DNA of 64,000 nucleotides from a virus: IMG/VR virus record IMGVR_UViG_3300046170_000524. One strand, given 5' to 3'. The notes below the pieces were generated by a model, which was not told the origin of the DNA, searched no databases, and worked only from the letters and a program-made list of their open reading frames with translations. The position numbers and the translations under genes were made by a program. This document shows positions 19,333-28,765 of the stretch, in pieces. How positions within the stretch are numbered: the first letter of the stretch is position 1; each line of letters starts with the position of its first letter.

Positions 19333-21891
19333 TTATTTAATATCAGACATTTTCATATATATCTTTTCATCCATTATATTCAATGAATCTAAAAAAACTA
19401 TATCTTCACCTTTTCTTCCGTATACTACTATTATGTTCTTTTTTGATGGAGTTTTCTTTTTTGATTCAAAATATCTGTCATAAAAATTACCTCTTCTTGA
19501 GTTTAAGAGCATGGCATCATATTTACCATGTTCATCTGTAATTGATAGTTTCATATATTTATTTCCATTACGAGAAGTTCTTTTGATGCAATCTTCTACA
19601 ACTCCGATAAATTTACCTTTGTCATCTGAATTCATAAGATTTAAGTCCCTTGAATCTTTTAATGCCTCATAGGAGTCCATAAAGCATGATTTTAGTGAAG
19701 AGCTGTGACTGTATCCAAGCAACTCTGTTTCAAAATACCAATTAGCAAAACCTTGATACATTTTATTTTTATCGTAAATTGACTTATATATGTCATATTT
19801 TTTCTTAAATGTTTTAAATCTAGACTCTTTCATCAAAGGCTTCCCGTCATCTCCAACTAGGTCGCCTTTTTTGGCATCTGCTATGCAGTTTAGAAGTTTA
19901 TATTCATATTTATCACCAAGAGAAATAAAATTGCGTTTCTCTCTATCAGTGAGGAGGTTAAATGCTTGAGCTTCAAGTACCATTAGCGATCTATTTTTAC
20001 CTTTACTTTCTAGAGCTCCAGCTTGTATTAACGCGCTCAAAATACCAATGTTTAATCCTGCTTGCTTTGCTGCGAGAAAGATGTCGTATTTTGTCGGAGT
20101 TTCACTAGAACGAAAATCTCTAAGAGACTGAAGGGATTTCTCGCTTACGCCCTTGATGCTATTTAGTCCAAATCTAATATTTTTACCTTCAATAGAAAAA
20201 TCCATTCCAGACTTAGCTAAGTCGGGGGATAATAATTTAATTCCGAAATTAGATAGTTCTTGGCATACTTTAGCTATTTCTTCTTGTGGAGAAGGCTCGT
20301 ATTTGGTCATTTTTAATAAAGATATAAAAAACTGCTGTGGATAGTTAAATTTTAGATAAGTGGTCCATGCTGATAGAGTTGCGTATGCAAGAGAGTGCGA
20401 TTTGTTAAAAGAATAGTTCGCGCTATCTTCTGCTACACTCCACAAAATGTGGGATATTTCTCTAGGCAGATCGTTTTGCTCTACTTTGTCTTCAATCTTC
20501 TTTTTCCATGCAGGCATTTGATCAACTTTTTTCTTACCAACGATCCTTCTGAGCTGTTCCGCTTCATCAAGAGTGAACCCAACTTTAACCGCCATTTGCA
20601 TTAATTGCTCTTGATAGAGTGGAATTCCTCCTGTATAGTCTAAAACGTCACTAAAAAATTCATGGATGACCTGAGCCTCTTCTGTTTCAGAATATGTGGC
20701 ATAGTTATCTAAAAATTCTAATGCACCTGGCCTTCCAATTGCCACAACTGCACTAAGCTGCTCTAGGTCTTTTGGCTTGATTTTCTTGCAGACCCTATAG
20801 TTTGTGTCAGACTCAAGCTGAAAAAGCCCGTGAGGCGCCTTCAGGCCTTGCAGAGGTTTATATACGTCTGCGTCATTTAGGTCTACAGCGGAAATATCCA
20901 TGTCTAAGTTGCGACACACATCATAAATCACACTTAATGTTCTTAAACCTAAGATATCAAACTTTACCATAAGCTCTGCAACCCAATTCATGTCGTACCC
21001 TGTCACTAAAGCTCCATCATTTGATTTTTGAATTGGGCAAATATCAGTAATTTTTTGGAAAGAAATTGCGATTCCGCTAGGGTGTACGCCAGTGTTTTTA
21101 TTTAAACCTTCTAGCTTAAGAGCGATCTCAAAGACTTCTGCGTTATTAGCTGCCCAATCTGCAAATTTTTCACTCTCTTCTATTGCAGATGAAATTGGCA
21201 TAACAACTCCAAACTTTTTTGGAATGGTGTCGCTAACCTCATTAACTTCTTGCTCAGAAAATTCTCCAGCAATTTTTCCGCATTCCTTTATACAGAGCTT
21301 TCCGCTAAGAGTGTTTAGCGTTAATATTTTAGCTGTACGAGCAGGATGTTTTTTTTCTATGTATTCTATAACCTCAGCCCTTCTTTCATAAGCAATATCA
21401 TTATCCACGTCAGCCAAAAGGCTGCCATCAAGATATGTTGTTCCGTTTTTTTCTATTTTTCTTGCCCTACTTTTAGAAACAAAACGCTCGAAAAATAAGC
21501 TGTATTTAACTGGATCAACATTAGTTACGCCAATTAAGTATAAAACTAGGGAGCCCGCAGCAGATCCTCTGCCTGGGCCCGTAGGTATATCATTTTCGTG
21601 GCAATAATTTATTATATCCCAGTTTAATAAAATATAATCTATAAACCCTAGCTCATCTAAGATTTTAAGCTCTGATTTTGCTCTATCAAAATATTCTTTC
21701 TTATTTTTAAATTTATCTATACCTCTATCATAAACTCCTTTATGGCATAGCTTACGTAGAAAGTCGAAGTTTGAAATATCTTCTGATGCATCAAGCATTT
21801 CATAGTATTTCTTTTCGATTTTAATTTCTGGTAATTTTACGCCTGGAGGTGCACAATCTTCGTAATCTGTAAACTGTTCTGTAAAACTCAT
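19333..21891 (-). CDS. dnaE: DNA polymerase III alpha catalytic core, lacking the PHP domain
   Basis: GPGRGSAAGSLV, LFFERF, ADVDND, HPSG, KFDILGL, YQEQLM, FNKSHS. Start placed at ATG 21891, which overlaps the upstream stop (TAATG). Confidence 0.93.
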   Translation of the reverse strand: MSFTEQFTDYEDCAPPGVKLPEIKIEKKYYEMLDASEDISNFDFLRKLCHKGVYDRGIDKFKNKKEYFDRAKSELKILDELGFIDYILLNWDIINYCHENDIPTGPGRGSAAGSLVLYLIGVTNVDPVKYSLFFERFVSKSRARKIEKNGTTYLDGSLLADVDNDIAYERRAEVIEYIEKKHPARTAKILTLNTLSGKLCIKECGKIAGEFSEQEVNEVSDTIPKKFGVVMPISSAIEESEKFADWAANNAEVFEIALKLEGLNKNTGVHPSGIAISFQKITDICPIQKSNDGALVTGYDMNWVAELMVKFDILGLRTLSVIYDVCRNLDMDISAVDLNDADVYKPLQGLKAPHGLFQLESDTNYRVCKKIKPKDLEQLSAVVAIGRPGALEFLDNYATYSETEEAQVIHEFFSDVLDYTGGIPLYQEQLMQMAVKVGFTLDEAEQLRRIVGKKKVDQMPAWKKKIEDKVEQNDLPREISHILWSVAEDSANYSFNKSHSLAYATLSAWTTYLKFNYPQQFFISLLKMTKYEPSPQEEIAKVCQELSNFGIKLLSPDLAKSGMDFSIEGKNIRFGLNSIKGVSEKSLQSLRDFRSSETPTKYDIFLAAKQAGLNIGILSALIQAGALESKGKNRSLMVLEAQAFNLLTDREKRNFISLGDKYEYKLLNCIADAKKGDLVGDDGKPLMKESRFKTFKKKYDIYKSIYDKNKMYQGFANWYFETELLGYSHSSSLKSCFMDSYEALKDSRDLNLMNSDDKGKFIGVVEDCIKRTSRNGNKYMKLSITDEHGKYDAMLLNSRRGNFYDRYFESKKKTPSKKNIIVVYGRKGEDIVFLDSLNIMDEKIYMKMSDIK

Positions 21892-22535
21892 TATACTTCT
21901 ATCTCCCATATCATTTTTTTGAATACTTCGTAGTTAACTCTAATGTCATATAAAGCATCATGCAATTTTTTCTCATCAAAGTCAACATCAAAATCTTTGC
22001 AGCATTGCTTTAGATTACAACTTAAGCCTCTCTCGATAAGGTGGTTAAGTCGATATTGCCACGCTAAAAAATTATCGTCTTTGTCTAATCTAATTCTTTT
22101 CTTTAGAGCTTTTGCTAGGCAAAGAGTGTCTACTAGGTGTTCTGTGTAGCTAAAATCAGCCTCTGCATTTTCATCAATTAATTTTCGATGAACATTATGC
22201 ATGTAAACATCAAAACCTAATAGATTATGGCCAACCTTGAGATATGAGTCGTCATACAAATATTTCTCAAAGTGATCTAATGCGGCTTTGGGGCATGTAG
22301 CTTTTTTCTTATACTTTGCCTCGGTAAAGCCAGTAATTTTTGCGGCATCAGGGGATACATTTAATTCTTCCCACTTAAGCCAATAATCTTTCTGTTCAAC
22401 AATTTTGTTGTTTTCTATGACAAGAAATGCTAATTGCCATGGTTTATTATTTGAAACAAGATTTAAATTACATGTTTCATAATCGAACAGTAAATACTTT
22501 TTATTCTTTTGAAATCTAAGCAGTGATTCTTTCAT
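21891..22535 (-). CDS. DEDDh 3'-5' exonuclease (Pol III epsilon-like)
   Basis: LFDYET, GHNLLGFD, DTLCLA, HDALYD. Confidence 0.88.
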   Translation of the reverse strand: MKESLLRFQKNKKYLLFDYETCNLNLVSNNKPWQLAFLVIENNKIVEQKDYWLKWEELNVSPDAAKITGFTEAKYKKKATCPKAALDHFEKYLYDDSYLKVGHNLLGFDVYMHNVHRKLIDENAEADFSYTEHLVDTLCLAKALKKRIRLDKDDNFLAWQYRLNHLIERGLSCNLKQCCKDFDVDFDEKKLHDALYDIRVNYEVFKKMIWEIEV

Positions 22536-23038
22536 TGAATGTCTTTTCTTTGTGTGTTGTTATAATCGATAAATAATTCTTCATCTTTAAGAATTTCTTT
22601 ATTTGTAGTAAATCGAAAACAAAAATCTTTATAATCTATATTATAATCTATATTATTTTTTTGTGAGTGATTGTATATCATGCCATATCCCAATACAGTG
22701 GCTGTTGAAAAAATTTTATTTAAATCCTTATAACCTAGGGAATTAAGCTCTTCAATGAACGTATTTGCAATTTCTTCGTCATCTATATTAAGTAAAAATT
22801 TACTCCTAAAGTCGAGTTTTTGATTCTGTTCTGCGCTTATTTTTTTATCATAAAACATAGAGAAAATGTATCTTTTAAGCTCCGCGTCCTGCACTTCAAT
22901 TGGGCAACCAGATACGATAAAGTGACACTCTTCGATAACTTTTCCTGCCTCTATATTTTGATCTGCAAAAACTCCTCTACCCATTTTTTCTGTATTTCTT
23001 ACAGAAATACATTCTGGCTTAACTAGATTGCTTTTCAT
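22532..23038 (-). CDS. SET-domain protein (putative lysine methyltransferase)
   Basis: GRGVFADQNIEAG, GMIYNHS and EELFIDY are SET motifs I, III and IV. The likely start is MKSNL at 23038. Confidence 0.85.
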   Translation of the reverse strand: MKSNLVKPECISVRNTEKMGRGVFADQNIEAGKVIEECHFIVSGCPIEVQDAELKRYIFSMFYDKKISAEQNQKLDFRSKFLLNIDDEEIANTFIEELNSLGYKDLNKIFSTATVLGYGMIYNHSQKNNIDYNIDYKDFCFRFTTNKEILKDEELFIDYNNTQRKDIQ

Positions 23039-23792
23039 TTTTTTTCTTCCAGCTTTCGAAGCAAAATTCATTGCTGCCGAAGTGATCTAAGTTTGGTTTT
23101 GATAATGTTTTATTACCGAAGCTTCTACCAGTGATGCACTTATATGTTTGTAGAGCCTTTACGTCTTTTTTGTTTTTATAATATATACTTTTTGTATGTT
23201 GTGTTTTTAAATTATTACCAGCTGCATACTCTTGAACTTTTTTAGCCACAAAATTATCAAATGGAAGAGAATTATTCTCTATAAACAATGTTGGCTTACA
23301 AAAATCAAAGTTTGGTGTGCAATTGCAAAATTTAATTAAATTATTAAATATAAATGAATCATAAAATGGTACAGCCAGTAGTAAGTCTTTATTTTTCCAG
23401 TATTTTTTTAAAGTCTTGCGATCCACACAATTGAAGTTCTCTGTATTAGCTTCGCTTGATATACTATTTAACAATTTGCATCCATTTGCGTTTTTGGCAA
23501 AGATTATGATCTTATGCGAGGATTGTTGACTTTCTTCTTTAGGGTTGATTTTAGAATCTTCTTTCATGTTTATTCTTAAACCAAAAATTAATTTTAATCC
23601 AAGATTGTCTGCTTGTTTTTTAGCTTGTAGGAATCCAGTTAATGAATCTTCTACAAGAACTACTTCTTTTAATTTATTTTCTGTAGCAATTGTAAAAACA
23701 CTGTCCGACTTACCTTCTTTATGTGTAATTGGATCTTCAAGCGTTAATATACTTTTGCCTATAGAAAAGTGACTTTTAAATAAAGGAATCAT
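23019..23792 (-). CDS. Stand-alone PHP domain of DNA Pol III alpha (N-terminal part of split DnaE)
   Basis: IPLFKSHFSIGKS, VLVEDSLTGF, LIFG, IIIFAKNANGCKLLNSISS align by eye to the DnaE PHP N-terminus. Confidence 0.8.
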   Translation of the reverse strand: MIPLFKSHFSIGKSILTLEDPITHKEGKSDSVFTIATENKLKEVVLVEDSLTGFLQAKKQADNLGLKLIFGLRINMKEDSKINPKEESQQSSHKIIIFAKNANGCKLLNSISSEANTENFNCVDRKTLKKYWKNKDLLLAVPFYDSFIFNNLIKFCNCTPNFDFCKPTLFIENNSLPFDNFVAKKVQEYAAGNNLKTQHTKSIYYKNKKDVKALQTYKCITGRSFGNKTLSKPNLDHFGSNEFCFESWKKKNEKQSS

Positions 23793-23798
23793 GCTAAT

Positions 23799-23827
23799 AT
23801 TCTATAGTAAATATAGTTCAATGTCAA
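23799..23827 (-). promoter_or_regulatory. sigma70-type promoter, leaderless, for the PHP-SET-exo-dnaE operon
   Basis: TTGACA-17-TAGAAT-6-ATG. Confidence 0.8.
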
Positions 23828-23860
23828 GAAAGAAAAGTTGTTAACAGCTATATATTCCTA

Positions 23861-23889
23861 TTGACAATTACCCCCTCAAATGTTAATAT
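23861..23889 (+). promoter_or_regulatory. sigma70-type promoter for nrdA
   Basis: TTGACA-17-TAATAT, 12 nt before the ATG; divergent from the dnaE operon promoter. Confidence 0.75.
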
Positions 23890-23901
23890 TTTAAACACAA
23901 T

Positions 23902-26337
23902 ATGGATATAAAAGTAAAAAAACGAAACGGACGTCTTCAAGACTTTAATGTCGAGAAAATTAATGCTAATGTTGAACGCGCATGTAACGATATCGCTGAT
24001 GTATCAGTAAGTGAAATCGTGCTAGATGCTCAACTTCAATTATACGACAAGATCACAACCAGGGAAATTGATACAGCTCTTATATTAAGTGCTCGAGAAA
24101 AGATCGAAAAGGAACCTAACTATAGTTACGCCGCAGGTAGATTACTACTAAATACAGTATATAAAGAAGTTTTTAAAGAAGGTGTTGATAGTGACGCGTT
24201 CAGGCTTCAATACAGGAAGAGCTTTATTCAAGGAATAAAAAAGCTCGTTAAGGGTGGTAAGCTTAATACTGGAATGTTGGAATATGATTTAGGGAAGCTT
24301 TCTGAAGCTATTCGTATTCGTAGAGATAACTCTTTTAAATATTTGGGTATACAAATTTTAACAGATAGGTATTTTATTAGAGAAGACGATAAAATCATGG
24401 AGGCCCCTCAGTCTTTTTGGATGAGAGTCGCAATGGGCTTAGCGCTAAACGAAGAAAATAAAGAGGATTGGGCTATTAAATATTATGATATGTTTAGTCA
24501 ATTTTTATACACCTCTTCAACTCCTACTCTTTTTAATAGTGGGACTGTCAGATCTCAATTAAGCTCATGTTATTTAAACACTTTTGATGACAGTATTGAT
24601 GGTATTTTTGACGGTGCTTGGCAAGAGGCTCGTAAGAGTAAATATGCTGGAGGCCTAGGTCTTGATGTAACCCCTTTTAGGTCAACAGGTTCATATATTA
24701 AGGGAACTAACGGTGTTTCTAGCGGGCTTGTTCCGTGGCTTAAGATATACAATGATCTTCTTGTCGCAGTGAATCAAGGAGGCAAGCGTCCAGGAGCTGG
24801 ATGCGCTTACTTAGAGCCTTGGCATTTAGATTTTGAAGACTTTTTAAACTTAAGGAGAAACACTGGGGATGACAGGTTGAGGTGTCATGATATGAACACT
24901 GCTTCTTGGATTCCTGATGAATTTATGCGTAGAGTTCAGAATGAAGATGTTTGGTACTTTTTTGATCCAAAAGAATCTGGCCTGCACGATTTGTTTGGGG
25001 CGGAGTTCGATAAAAAGTACAATGAACTATGTAATCAGGCAGAAGAAGGCTTAATTAAAAATTACAGAATAACCCCTGCAAAAGAGTTGTGGAAAAAAAA
25101 TGCTCAAGGTTTTATTTGAAACTTCTCACCCATGGAATACTTTCAAAGATCCGTGCAATATTAGATATACAAATCAACATGAAGGTATTGTTCATAGTAG
25201 TAATTTATGTACAGAAATCACTCTTCACACTAAATCTTCTAAATACGAAAAGGGAGAAAAGACTAATATTGGAGAGACTGCAGTATGTAATCTTGGGTCA
25301 GTCAACCTTCTTAATCATTTAGATGAAAACAATACCTTGGATTATGATAAATTAAAAAATACGATACATACTGCTATTAGAGCTTTAGATAGCGTTGTAG
25401 ATCTTAATTTTTATCCAACTAAGGAAGCGGAGGCTAGCAATTTAAGGCATCGCCCTATTGGTTTAGGCATGATGGCATTGCATGATATTTGTCATAGAAT
25501 GAATATTAATATTGATAGTGATGAGGCTGTAGAGTTCAATGATAAATTATTTGAATTTTATTCTTATCACGCAATATATGCTAGTTCTCTATTAGCTAAA
25601 GAAAAAGGTAGATACGAAACTTTTGATGGGTCTCTGTGGAGCAAAAATATTTTACCTATTGACTCTAATAATAGATTAATGAATTACCGTACAAAATCCA
25701 AGGAGTCTGAAAGAGGTGAGGGGGAAAGCATGAAAGACGAATGGCTTGAATTAAGGGCTCATATATCTGAATTTGGTATGCGTAATAGTAATGTTATGGC
25801 TATTGCGCCAACAGCTACCATCGGCTATATTAATGGAGTAGAGCAAAGTATAGAACCTAATTTTTCTGTGTTGTTTGTTTATGAAAACAAAAGCGGCAAT
25901 TTCTTTATTACAAATGAACACTTTATTAATGACATGAAAAATGCTGGTTTATGGAATAGCGAAATCGCTAAGCTCGTAAAAAGCGTTGATGGGGACCTAT
26001 CTTTACTAAATGGAGATATTCCATCTGAATTAAAAGAGAAATATAAAACAGCGTTTGATCGCGATATGTTTAAACTAATTGAATGTAATGCGGCTCGCCA
26101 AAAATGGATAGACCAAGCGGTAAGCTTTAATTTATACAATAAATCTACTTCCTTAAAGTATTTAAATGATGTTTATATGTCTTGCTGGGAAGCTGGATTA
26201 AAACAACTTATTATCTTCGTAATCGCGCTGCATCCAAAGTAGAAAAAGCTCATAATGATGAAAGTAAAAAAGAAGAACCATCCGCTTGCAGTATAGAAGC
26301 GATGAAGAATGGTGGTACTTGTGAAAGCTGTCAATAG
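23902..26337 (+). CDS. nrdA: Ribonucleotide reductase class I alpha subunit with ATP cone (two apparent indels)
   Basis: ATP cone (VKKRNG), TPTLFN, LSSCY, SNLCTEI, VCNLGS, APTAT. A +1 shift at the A8 run 25093-25100 and a -1 shift at ~26190 restore LKTTYYLRNR...CESCQ* ending at 26337. Confidence 0.92.
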
Positions 26338-26606
26338 TGAATCGACATCAACATTTAAAAGCTTTTAAAGAAGCTATTGTTAGATGTAAATTAATTAGAA
26401 GAGATCTAAGAAGAATTAATTCTAATATAGATTCTATAAATTATAGAAAAAATAGAGATTACGCTGAAACAGCTTATGTTCAAACATTGGAAGAGATAAT
26501 AGATAGAGGTAAAAAGTATCTTTCTCTAAACCCAGAGGCAGATGAATCAATAAGAGTTGCGATAGATATTGAAAAATATCAGCATCTTTTAGATAAATTA
26601 GAGTAA
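26337..26606 (+). CDS. Hypothetical protein
   Basis: 89-aa helical ORF whose GTG overlaps the restored nrdA stop. Confidence 0.55.
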   Translation: MNRHQHLKAFKEAIVRCKLIRRDLRRINSNIDSINYRKNRDYAETAYVQTLEEIIDRGKKYLSLNPEADESIRVAIDIEKYQHLLDKLE

Positions 26607-26614
26607 ACTTAATC

Positions 26615-26643
26615 TTGACTTAGGACGTTATTTATTATACAAT
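26615..26643 (+). promoter_or_regulatory. sigma70-type promoter, leaderless, for nrdB
   Basis: TTGACT-17-TACAAT-6-ATG. Confidence 0.8.
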
Positions 26644-26649
26644 AAAACT

Positions 26650-27663
26650 ATGAATGATAAAACAGGAGAATTACTAACAAAAAATATCGCGGGGGTAAAT
26701 AGAATTTTACCTCATAAACATAAATATGCGTGGGATTTATTTTTAAAGAGTTGTGCCAATAATTGGATGCCTACTGAAATTAGTATGCAAAACGACATTA
26801 AACAATGGAAAAACGATGAAATTACAGAAGACGAAAAATTACTCGTTAAACGCTGCCTTGGATTCTTTGCGGGATCTGAGTCTTTGGTTGGTAATAACCT
26901 GCTGCTTTCGGCTTTTAGATTTATTACTGATGCTGAATGCCGTCAGTATATACTTCGTCAGGCTTTTGAAGAAAGCCTTCACAATCTTACAGTAGTATAC
27001 GTTTGTGATAGTTTAGATTTGGATATAGAAGAAGTTTTTGCCGCTTACGAAACAATACCAAGCATTAAAGCAAAAGATGACTTTTTGATGACTATCACTA
27101 ATGATATTAGTCGCCAAGACTTTAACGCTCACACTACAGAAGGCAAGCAAGAAATTTTACGTAATTTTTTAACCTATTGGATTGTTTGTGAAGGAACTTT
27201 CTTTTTCAGCGGGTTTGCAATGCTATTGGCTTTAGGTCGCCAAAATAAACTTCAAGGAATTTCTGACCAAATTAAATACACTCTTCGCGATGAAAGTTCT
27301 CATATTGCATTTGGCACGTATTTAATTAATACTTTGATCGAGCAAAATCCCGAAATATGGACAGAAGAAATACAGCAAGAATTTGTTGAACATATGAAAA
27401 AAGCTGTTGAGCTTGAAATAGCTTATGCGCACGATGTTCTTCCTACGGGAATACTTGGACTAAATGCAGAAATGTTTGTTGAATATATGCACTATATTGG
27501 AAATCGTAGATTAGAGGGTATTGGTCTAGAGTATCGCTTCCCTAGCGACAAAAACCCTTTCCCTTGGCTTAGTGAGGTTGTTGATGTCCAGGCAATGGGG
27601 AATTTCTTCGAAAGAAGAGTTAGGGAGTATCAACAGAGCGGCTCTTTAGAAGACGATTTCTAA
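26650..27663 (+). CDS. nrdB: Ribonucleotide reductase beta subunit, class Ic-like (no radical Tyr)
   Basis: NNWMPTE, FFAGSESLVGNN, EESLHNLTV, EGTFF, RDESSH, NFFE; Val at the H+4 tyrosine position. Confidence 0.92.
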   Translation: MNDKTGELLTKNIAGVNRILPHKHKYAWDLFLKSCANNWMPTEISMQNDIKQWKNDEITEDEKLLVKRCLGFFAGSESLVGNNLLLSAFRFITDAECRQYILRQAFEESLHNLTVVYVCDSLDLDIEEVFAAYETIPSIKAKDDFLMTITNDISRQDFNAHTTEGKQEILRNFLTYWIVCEGTFFFSGFAMLLALGRQNKLQGISDQIKYTLRDESSHIAFGTYLINTLIEQNPEIWTEEIQQEFVEHMKKAVELEIAYAHDVLPTGILGLNAEMFVEYMHYIGNRRLEGIGLEYRFPSDKNPFPWLSEVVDVQAMGNFFERRVREYQQSGSLEDDF

Positions 27664-28728
27664 TAAAGAAGATTCGACCGTTACTCCTGGGCCAAAAGTT
27701 GCTGAAAAAATATTTTTTTCATTGTTCGAACAATTTTCTAATACTTCTTTTAATACAAATAAAATAGTAGGGCTACTCATATTTCCGTATTGTTTGAGGA
27801 TATTTCTAGAATGTTTTAAATCTGCATCTGGTTTGAATTTTTGAAACGAATCAAGTATCGCTCTTCCTCCAGGATGAATTGCCCAGCAGTCTATAGAGCT
27901 TTCTATTTCTGGCATATACTTAAGAGCTTGATTTATATTTTCGGATATAAAATTTGGAAGATCTGGGTTTAAGGTTAAATCGAAGCCATTATCTCCAACC
28001 TTCCACGCTAAATTTTTTCCATCATCATTTATTACATGAGAATTAAATGATTTCATTTCTAAAAATGGTTGTTCTTTTGTTAATTTTTTATTAGAAGAAA
28101 CTATGCAGGCCGCACAACCATCAGAAAAAATAGAGTTTCCTATAATATAGTTTACATCATCTGTTAGTTTCATGTGCAGAGTACACATCTCAATGCAGAC
28201 AACTAAAACCTTAGCATCTTTATTGCTCTTGCAAAATTCTGATGCGGTTTTTAAGGCTGGAAATGCAGCTTGACATCCCATGAAACCAATATTTACCCTT
28301 TCTATATTTTTATTTAAATTAAATTCATTTATGATCTCTATGTCTAAGCCTGGATTATAGAAACCCGTACATGAAACAGTTATAATGTGGGTAATTTCTT
28401 GTAGGTTTATTTTTTTTGAAATTTTTGATATTGCATTAAAAGCAAGCGGGCCACTGTTTTTTTTATATATATTATTTCTTTCTGAAGTAGAAGGATTATG
28501 CAAAGTATTGTTTTCATTTCTATGGAAAAGTTCTGTTTCAGTAGTTGAAAACTTTAAGTCTTTTACTACAGAGTATCTATTTTTAATGCCAGATTTTTTG
28601 ATTGCTTGTTTAATTAAAAGCTTATACCTTCTATCATCTTGAAAGTGAGTGATAAAATTGTAAATTTCTTCTTGGCTGCTTTTGCATTGAGGATTTGAGG
28701 TCTCTATGCAGTTTATATATGTTCCCAT
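27646..28728 (-). CDS. Type III polyketide synthase (chalcone/stilbene synthase superfamily)
   Basis: VSCTG, GFMGCQAAF (catalytic Cys), IFSDG, WAIHPGG (His), YGNMSS (Asn), FGPG. Confidence 0.92.
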   Translation of the reverse strand: MGTYINCIETSNPQCKSSQEEIYNFITHFQDDRRYKLLIKQAIKKSGIKNRYSVVKDLKFSTTETELFHRNENNTLHNPSTSERNNIYKKNSGPLAFNAISKISKKINLQEITHIITVSCTGFYNPGLDIEIINEFNLNKNIERVNIGFMGCQAAFPALKTASEFCKSNKDAKVLVVCIEMCTLHMKLTDDVNYIIGNSIFSDGCAACIVSSNKKLTKEQPFLEMKSFNSHVINDDGKNLAWKVGDNGFDLTLNPDLPNFISENINQALKYMPEIESSIDCWAIHPGGRAILDSFQKFKPDADLKHSRNILKQYGNMSSPTILFVLKEVLENCSNNEKNIFSATFGPGVTVESSLLEIVF

Positions 28729-28765
28729 AAAATATATTATGGGAATTTAAAATGAATTCAACAAA

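Noticed and set aside
25090-25105. Programmed frameshift or split nrdA at the A8 run
   Set aside because: It needs a +1 shift in a homopolymer, a second opposite indel occurs at ~26190, and similar indels break other genes. Sequencing error is the simpler explanation; reads would settle it.
19333-27663. Inteins or group I introns in dnaE, nrdA or nrdB
   Set aside because: Proteins are of normal length with continuous motifs; no Cys...His-Asn splice ends or LAGLIDADG blocks were seen.
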